DNA of 64,000 bases from the NCBI RefSeq assembly GCF_009914755.1, contig NC_060927.1. One strand, written 5' to 3'. Made by a program: the position numbers and the translations under genes. Shown here one piece after another: positions 52,531 to 64,000 of the stretch. Positions within the stretch are counted from its first letter, which is position 1, and every line of letters begins with the position of its first letter. Below the pieces are notes generated by a model, which worked only from the letters and a program-made list of their open reading frames with translations, searched no databases and was not told the DNA's origin. The stretch is from the human T2T-CHM13v2.0 reference genome, Homo sapiens.

Positions 52531-52749
52531 GGTGGTGTTATTATGATGTTGCTGTCATCGTCTCCTGTGGTTTTTATCATACCTTGTGAAGTTAGAGAGA
52601 CTAGTATTAGTTTTGTCTCTCATAGAAAACTGATAAAAGAGGCTAAATGATGTTCACAGTTCCAGCTTCAGCTCCAGTGGTGGTAAGACAAATGAGAAAT
52701 GGTAGATATTGCTCCTTCTCAAGAGACGGTTTTTAAGTGGCAAGCAGTC

Positions 52750-53960
<1,211 letters not shown>

Positions 53961-55709
53961 GTAAACAAAATTTAAAAGAACCATTTTAGAAAGCAGAAGT
54001 TATGTGTCAAAGTTGTTCAGGACATGACCCAGCACAGTGCCATATCCAAATGTCCATTTGGTGATGGTGACACACAACACAGCTCTGCCTTCCACATCTT
54101 ACACAATTAGGAGTTCATGTACATTTCATGAGGAGAGGACACAAAAATCCTACATTTAAGGGGGAGAAAACACCCCACCTTATACTCCTAAGGAAAACCT
54201 CTTTAGCCATTCCTACAAAGGGTCAAACCTAAATTCTCTAGTTTGGGGGCCTGTGTAGCACTTAGATGTGCAATAAATAAATGATAGGATAAAATTAATA
54301 ATATGGGTTTATAATATAAACACATTGGAACTGTAAGTACTTTAAAAAAAATCAGAGCATAGTTAATAGTCTGGGTAAAGATTGATTCACAAGCAGAGAC
54401 AGAGCTAAGAAAAATCTATAGGATTTGAATTCCCAACTCTAGGATCTGCACTAAGCCACTCATTTACAAGTGAGAAAGTTTGGGGAGAGTAAATGTATTC
54501 ACCTCCCAGTTCATAAAATCTTTATTTTACTTTCAAGCCAAGTTTGAGAAAAATCACAAGTTTTCATTTTATTCTCTAGCAGTTTCCAAAAATAACATCT
54601 TAAATATATACCTCATAGACCAACCCACCACCCCAAAGATTTATTTTAAGCTAAGACACAACTGGAACCAAGTGAACTCTCAGCACTGGAACATAAATCT
54701 CAGTGTTAGAAAGAATCCTCATCTATCTTTCTATACTAGTCACAGATACACTGGTACCAAGGAGTGATCGAGAAATTGGGGGTACTGGCTTTTTTTTTTA
54801 TTATTTGAGGGTTTCTGAATAGAAATCTTAACTTTTTATAATTACGAGAAAAAAACTGTTTTCAAAAAAAGTTGTGGCTCTCAACCCCTCAATATAGTAA
54901 AAATTAAGAACCCTAAGAAGAGAGCAAATGTTTCCTCAAATTATCCAGTCTTAAGTCTCTCTTCTAGATTAGACGTAAGAACCTGAATAACTCACAGATG
55001 TTTCTGAGAATGGCCTTTTCAAACAAAAAGTGCTGATTATGATAGGTGTATTGCTTCCAAGAATAAATGAGCAAATCTTACAGAGGAGAATTAGCCTGTT
55101 AAGAAGCCTAAATATTTTCACCAACATTTTCCATACTTGCCCACCTTGTGATTGACAAACTTCCCAGGGAAGTTTTTTTGTGTTTTAAACTTTGAAAATC
55201 CTAACTTGCTCACAGCCAGCTGTTTTTTAGATCTCTCGATTTAACATTTCTAAGAGGCTGGACTATCCTTCCATCTAAAGAGAAAGAGAATTAATTCCAG
55301 TAATGGACATAAATCCTTTGAAAACATCCTTCTCTTGATAGTTTTCCAGAACAACTTAAGCAGAAGCATCACGTACATGGGCCATTCTGATTCACTCATT
55401 TAGAGGGGAACATTTCTGGGCAAACCCCAGATGTTTTCTGACCTACCTGTTTGTTCATGCTCTTTCAGGGCCCTTGTCAGTGTAATAATCAATCAACAGG
55501 TGGTTACTCAGCTCCAGGAATGAGCTTGGCACTGGGGTGGAGCTGGAATACAGCAGGGATCCTGGCCTCCCTTTGCTTGCAACTTCTTGACCAGCAGGAA
55601 ACAACACAAAATAGTATATAAGTGAGATTCGGCTGCATGCATTCTTGTAGTAACTAAAGCTTTCATTCTTAGCAACTCTGGATCAGCCAAAGAAAGGTCG
55701 CTGAACTGA

Positions 55710-56069
<360 letters not shown>

Positions 56070-56529
56070 AACAGCTACTATTTATTGGGTAGTTAGGCCG
56101 TGCCAGGAACAGGACTAAGCATTTTACAGATGTTTCTCATTTACCCTTCAAAAAAACCTTATGAAGTGAGTTTTATTTTCCCAGTTTTACATATGCAGCA
56201 ACAAAGTTTCAGGCAGATTTTATAACTTTCCAAGGATGCGTAGCCAGTAAGCAGCAAGGCAGGTATGAAAACTCAGGTCTGTTCATTCTCATAACTACCC
56301 TGAGCTGGGCTCTTCTCTGGGATGGAGGAGTGGAGAAAAACGAAGCAATGGGGAAAAGGGGGCAAGGATACTGCTTAAGTTTCTGCCCCTGACAATCTGT
56401 GGAGAACCCAGTGGTGATGTGTGTAGTTTCAGCCACAAAACCAAAGTGATTACGCTCACCATTTTCCTGTTTCCTACTACTTCACCAAGATCTGAAGAGA
56501 CTTTTCAAGATGACTAAAGTCAGAGATGA

Positions 56530-56896
<367 letters not shown>

Positions 56897-56933
56897 TTAG
56901 GTTAACTTTCAGTTAAGTAATTCAGGAAACAAG

Positions 56934-56935
<2 letters not shown>

Positions 56936-56965
<30 letters not shown>
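56936..56965. repeat. (TG)n microsatellite
   Basis: Direct observation. Confidence 0.95.
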
Positions 56966-56967
<2 letters not shown>

Positions 56968-58169
56968 AGCCCAATGCTCACTACTGGGTGGACATCAAAG
57001 ACTATGAGACAGCCCAGATCCTGGAAAGCAGTAGTAGCTGGGTAGATAGAATGAGAACATGCCTCCATGGAGCTTTCCTCTTGCTTCTGTAGTCCCTGCC
57101 TGCTGCTCCATGCTTGAAGTATAGAGATGTGGATTCCACAAGTCCCCATAGTCAACTTTGGTTCCCTCAAGGGAAAGGTCTCGGTTCTGCTGCTACCTAC
57201 TTGCCTGACCTCAGAAAACTCATCCTTTCTTCCTGCACCTTAGTGTCTTCAACTGTCAAAAGAACGGGGAACACCTGATGGTCTCTAGAGTTCTTCCGGT
57301 TTGGAATTCTGTGACTCTGATGTCAAGGCTTTAATTCCTTACAATGCTGGGGGTTGGGGGGTGGCGGTCACTTTAGGCTTCACCTTGGGGTCACCCACCC
57401 TCTTTCAGTGAACAACACCCACCCACACGTTCCTTGTCAACTGCTTGATGGTGTAATCATGTATGCATGAATCACGGAACATCAGAAGAGATGGGGAAAA
57501 GAGAAAGAAAGGAATAGTACTAAAGGCAAGGATATCTTTCATTCCCTACCTTGGTTAACTTTTTCTTGCATGCCTACTAAGGGCCAAGCACTGTTCTAAA
57601 AACAGTTCTAAGCAGACAAATTCTCTAACATGGGACTTAGATTCCCAGAGCTTCAACATTAAACAGTGATTAATTAAAATAAGTACGGAGAATTAGGAAT
57701 TAGGAGCTGCTTCCCCAAGCCTAGACTTCCTCAATGGCGTCTTTCCTTGGTTTCCTTGACTCCTTTCTGGCTTTTCTATCAAACTAATCTTCTTAAAATA
57801 CCCAGAGGCTAAAATGCCTGTAATGTTTATCCCTTGTACTTTTTATCCTGTAATGAAATCCAGGCTTCTTAGCTCACTGTTGAGCCCCTCCACAAGCTCT
57901 TGGTACCTACTTTTCATCCTTCTTCCTCTCTGTTCACTTAGTTTTCTGAGTCTTTCAACCAAATTAGTCTATTCATGGTCTTCCTAATCGCTTTCTGCAT
58001 TTTTCTGCTTCCATAGATATTTTTTGTTCTTTAAAGATTCAGTGGTTGGATTTTAAAAGTATACTAAAGTAATGCACATTTATTTTAAGAAATGATACAG
58101 AAATATGTAATGAGTTAGCAATCTCTCCTTCATTCCACTCCGTTTCATTTCCTCTGAGGTAACTACATA

Positions 58170-58715
58170 TTTATATTTTTTAAGTTTTGAACTTATGGAA
58201 AAGTCACAAAAATAATACAGAAAACGTCCATATACCCTTTACCCAGATTTACCAATTAGTAACATTTTTTAACTCTTTGAAATAGTTTGCAGATATCACG
58301 TGCCTTTACACCTTCATAGCTCAGTGTCTATTTCCCAAAAGCAAAAATATTCTTCATATAGTTATCAACTTCAGGAAATTTAACATTGATACAATACTTT
58401 AATCTAACTTCCATACTCTAATTTTTTCAATTGACCCAATTCTGTTCTTCATAATTTTTTTGCCGTTCAGTACAGTGTCTGATCAGGATCACATATTATA
58501 TTTAGTTCTTGTGCTTCTTTAGTCTCCTTTAATCTAAAGTCTCAATTTTTCCTTGTCTTTCATGCCAGTGATGCTTTTAAAGAATAAAGGCCAGTTTCTT
58601 TTTGTTTCTAATAAAATACTATTTTGATAATATATTTTACAGTTTATAATTTATATATATGTAATTTTATATTTTAATAATAGTCTATTTCAGGTCTGAT
58701 GTTTTTCCACATCAT
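58170..58715 (-). mobile_element. L1MC-type 3' end
   Basis: atacccttttacccagatttaccaat...tcaggaaatttaacattgatacaatact. Confidence 0.75.
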
Positions 58716-58854
58716 TTTCAACGTCATTTCAATACCTGAGAATGTCTCTTCATTTTCCCAAGCCCTACTTGTCGTTCTAGGCTCAGCTCTAATCCCTTTT
58801 CCTCTGGTCCTTACTGGAGGCCAGAGGGTACCTCTTGGAACTCTTTACATCTTG

Positions 58855-59030
58855 GGTCCAGTGTGGTAGCTCATGCCTGTAATCCCAGTGACTCCACTGG
58901 GGAGGCCAAAGCAAGAGGATTGCTTGATCCCAGGAGTTTGAGGTTACAGCGAGCTATGATTGAGCCACTTCACTCTAGCCTGGGTGACAGAGCAAGACCC
59001 TGTCTCTAAAAAGAAAAGAAAAAAAAGAAA
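58855..59030 (+). mobile_element. Alu monomer (FAM/FRAM-like)
   Basis: Single monomer, A tail, TSD AACT-TTTACATCT. Confidence 0.85.
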
Positions 59031-60014
59031 CAACTTTTTACATCTGTCATAGCACTTAGCACTGTACTTAGCCTACACAGACTAATTAATAAATATTTGT
59101 TGATTAATTTATTTGAGGCACAGCCATGAGTTCAATCAGTGGCAAAGACAGAACTTGTCCTGTAGGCTTAGCAAGTCGAGATTGGTATCTTTGCTGCCAA
59201 TTGCTTCTGGGGTTTACAATTATTGAGGTAAATTTTGGATTCAAATTGGATCCTTGACTATAGATTTGCCACACCATGGAACTGTGGAGAAGTTGATATT
59301 TTTTAAAAGTTTCACAATAGATAATTAAGAACATGAAATAAAAATATTTATTCCCTACTATTTTATTCCTCCAAATTTCAGTAAACTGGAAGAGTGTTCA
59401 ATTCAGGAAAAGGTTTCAGAGACTAATGAACCAAACTGCTCAAATTATAATCCTACATATTCTAATATAGTCTATTCTTGTGTGATCAATGTATAGAAAG
59501 TTGAAGAAGGCTAGTTTGTTTAAAAAATAGGTCCTACAGAGGAGATGCTACATTATAAACTGAGAAGAGTACTTTCATACTAATCACTATCCTTTTGTGG
59601 ACATCAAATCAACCTTTTTGCCCTTGCCTGAGACAACATTAGACTCTTACCAAGTCTTGATAAATTTTGAAAATCACATGGTTGTTCAATGCCTCCATGT
59701 GGTAGAAAAAAATAATTTAGCTCTGTCCTACCTTCCTGTGTTAGCAACATTCAGGCCAATAAAGTACGATAGTGCTTAGGGCCCTTCAATGGGATCAGTG
59801 CTATTTTATTTTTTTTAAAAGGCCTATGGAAAAATGACCCAAATTGAAGGTAAATGCCCCAGATCACATTCGTCTTTATGGAATCGACCCTTGTTTTTGA
59901 ACTTTCCTTATCTTTCTTACAAGGAATGGATTTTTCAGCCAAAGGAGAATTATAAAATGAAACAAGTCGATTGAAATCCAGTGAGTCCATTTTTCCCAGA
60001 AAGGCTTTATATAA

Positions 60015-60407
<393 letters not shown>

Positions 60408-61124
60408 TAAAAAACTATATTAACCAACGTTAACTTGCTTGACAATTCTTTGGACATGAAATTGGCCAAAGAGAATCTTTATGAAATACTTGAATTTCAG
60501 TGTAAGCAACAAGTCAAAAAGTTAAACCAAGTCTCCCTCTTTCAACTGTATTATTTCACCTCCTAGGGATCAACTAGCACCTTGATCTTCAAGTGTTTCT
60601 ACTTAAATGTACTTGATACACTAAAGATGACTTGAAGGAGAGTTGGGTCATTCTGAAAACCAGGAATAGGTATTAATAAAAACTGGAGCCCACTTTCTCA
60701 AAGTCCACAGGATGTCACAGTGTAATACTACTTGGGCTTCTGTGACTGGCTGGTTTTCTAAAATGTAAATTGAGCATTACTATCAAAGCATTCAGTGCAT
60801 ATGTATGCATTTGCTTTACACATGCATAGACTACAACCGAAAACTGCTTTCTCCAAAGGAAATTAGGGGTGGGGGAAGGGGCAGAAAGATATTTTCGTGG
60901 CATACTCTCTGGTTTCTTTAGAATAATATAGCATGAAAATGTATTATCTATTTAAAATATATCCATATAGGCAAAATAAATAAATAATGAGGACTATTCT
61001 CAGGATGAGGGTGGGGTTGGGGAACTTCAATAGCAGTCATTAGTTCAAGCAACCATGTTACAAATTCAGTGATTCCCTTAGCTTGCTTCCATGTTCCCAC
61101 TTTCCCAGCTGTCTTGATTGTTAA

Positions 61125-61932
<808 letters not shown>

Positions 61933-62799
61933 AACATACCGGCCAACATAACTTTCTTTGCTTTGATTTCTTTATCTGTAACATGAAGAGTGTGAACTAG
62001 AAGATATCTTAGGCCCCTTCTAGGCATAAAATACTATGATTCCTTGAGTATATGTTTCTCCTGGAAGGTTTCTTATATTTTCATCAATTCTAAGTTATAA
62101 AAACCCCATGTCCTCTTTTCTGCCCTGGTGACGAAAAACAAAAACATAAAAGCAACAAATAACCCCAAACCCATGAACTAAGAAAATTCCACTAGAGTGG
62201 AATTATTAATAATTTACTTTGCGTAACAGCTAATAAATCACCTTACTTACAGATACATATTTGACCTTGCCAGTCAGTAGAGCACAGGTATTTCTGCCCT
62301 TTATGGATGAGGGAACTGAGGCTCAGGGAGGTCAATTTAGCTTTTTAGGCCTTGTAGTTAATAAGAAGGAGAGATAGAAAGTTGTGTATGAATTTTTTTT
62401 CCCCTAAGACAGCTGCATACAGGTCTTAAAAATAATTCGACATAAAGATTAGTCTTTTGAGAGGACTGGATTCTTTTCTAAACATTTTGAAGTTTTTATT
62501 CCCTGTCATCAGGTCATTCCAAAACGATAAAGCACTAACTTAAGCTAGCTGGAATTAGAGATTAGGGGGAACAGTACACAAAAGAGGGCAAGAAACCTTC
62601 CAGACAGGTGGTTGGGAAATCACTTTTCCTTATAGGAGGAGCTGTTAGATTTCATGATTTCTTTCACAAGGAATCAGTCCAACCCAAGCATCAGTAACAC
62701 AACACAAAATATCATGTTCTGTTACAAAAGAATTCTTATTATAGCTGGTAGGCAATTTATGCAAACCAATATTAAAGAAAAAATTCACCTACTGTCCTG

Positions 62800-63629
62800 A
62801 TCACTTCAGCAAATCAAACCTTTTATTTTCCTGTGATCTCTGCTAGTTCTTGTCTTTATAACACATGATTTTTTTACTGGTTGTATTCATAATGTAGACA
62901 TATATTTTTAAGTATCAGAAATCCAAATTTTCATAGGAGGAAATTTCAATTTTAATAACTATTTTTAGATTATTTTCCTCATCCTGAGTTTATTTCATCT
63001 TCTTATTGTTTTCTTCTGAATTTACATCTTTTCATCAGAACAAAAAGAATACAATCAGTTTTTCAGAAGTTTAAAAAATTTTTTCAAATATATAGCAAAG
63101 AATGTCATCATTTTTATATACTCTACCAGGACTCCTGAAACCAAACACTTAAGAAAGGTTATGTCTGGAAATTTTTTCAAAATCTATATGCATTTCAGTG
63201 GTGGAGAAATAGTTCTGTCTGGAAGCAGGAGGCTGAAATTATGACCCTGAAGATTTCTTCCAGCTTTTGAACTTCTTATTCTATGACAACTCCTGGTAGA
63301 TACAGGTTTCCTGGTAGGGATTGAGCAAGAAGCATGCACAATTACTTTATGAGTCTTGATAAAGCTGGAATTTCAGGTTGATGGTTAGAAGGAGTTCGGC
63401 TGGGTCGTGAGAATGCTTGTTTTCCTGGTTACTGGATATGCCATGGGCTGTATATCTTGTGTTGTCCTGTGGTAACTGAAGCCACTGTTGCTGTGGAAAA
63501 TGATGGCAGTTTGAATGAGATAATTTAGAGTGACCTATGGAAATCTGAGGCTGTCTCCTTAATGTACAAGACCTTGTATGTGTGGCACTGTTGTATTTGA
63601 ATGGCACACATCTCTTTAGTTCCCTTCAA
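62800..63629 (-). other. Candidate terminal exon / 3' UTR of an unidentified minus-strand transcript (3' end uncertain)
   Basis: Acceptor ttctcaccttttgtcatttcAG at 63630/63629 with a CTCAC branch-like motif; upstream donor GACAG|GTAAAA at 63996/63995; repeat-poor AT-rich body; AATAAA (minus) at 62989-62994, 62822-62827 and 62495-62500. Confidence 0.45.
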
Positions 63630-64000
63630 CTGAAATGACAAAAGGTGAGAAACTGAATCGTAATTTGATGGCTTAATATTAAAAAAAAATTGGCAAAAAT
63701 GCTAAATAAGGAACAATTCAGAAGAATTGCTGATCATTTCAAAAATATTATTTGCATAGCATTTATAGGTAGCTAAAGAAAGAGAAAAATGGCTTAATAT
63801 TTTAAAAATAATTTGGTCAATTTAGCGATCTGGGGATTCTGCGATCCCCAGAACTTTGCATCCAATTTCCAAAAACCAAACCTTACATCTAATGTAAAAT
63901 GACACAAAAAATTCTAAATCCAGTCTAATTCAGTAGTATATAGCTTATTCCCAGTGATGTCTCACATTCGCAAGCCCGTTACACGTTGGTTTTACCTGTC

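Overview
Primate (human-like) genomic DNA, essentially non-coding and Alu-rich: roughly 55 Alu copies or monomers (about a quarter of the window), plus old L1M, L2, MIR, MaLR LTR (MLT1/MST) and DNA-transposon relics (MER5, MER33, MER47A, MER91, MER102) and microsatellites. There is no CpG island, no RNA gene and no protein-coding gene I can recognise. Many entries in the ORF track are Alu read-through and the rest look like chance ORFs. Splice signals suggest a minus-strand transcript ending at the right edge (intron 63630-63995, terminal exon from 63629 leftwards). They also suggest a separate or alternative minus-strand promoter near 2.3 kb, with small exons running off the left edge. Neither could be assigned to a named gene. 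I did not find a convincing new biological system. The most unusual signals are small and directly visible: three TSD-flanked, A-tailed micro-insertions that are not Alu or L1 (31.5, 36.3, 52.9 kb); several templated or fold-back repair scars (20.0, 28.2, 40.7 kb), one of which places a MIR fragment inside a younger Alu; and a 63-bp hairpin carrying two mirror-image AP-1 sites next to the candidate promoter. Repeat family names come from recalled consensus sequences and boundaries are approximate.
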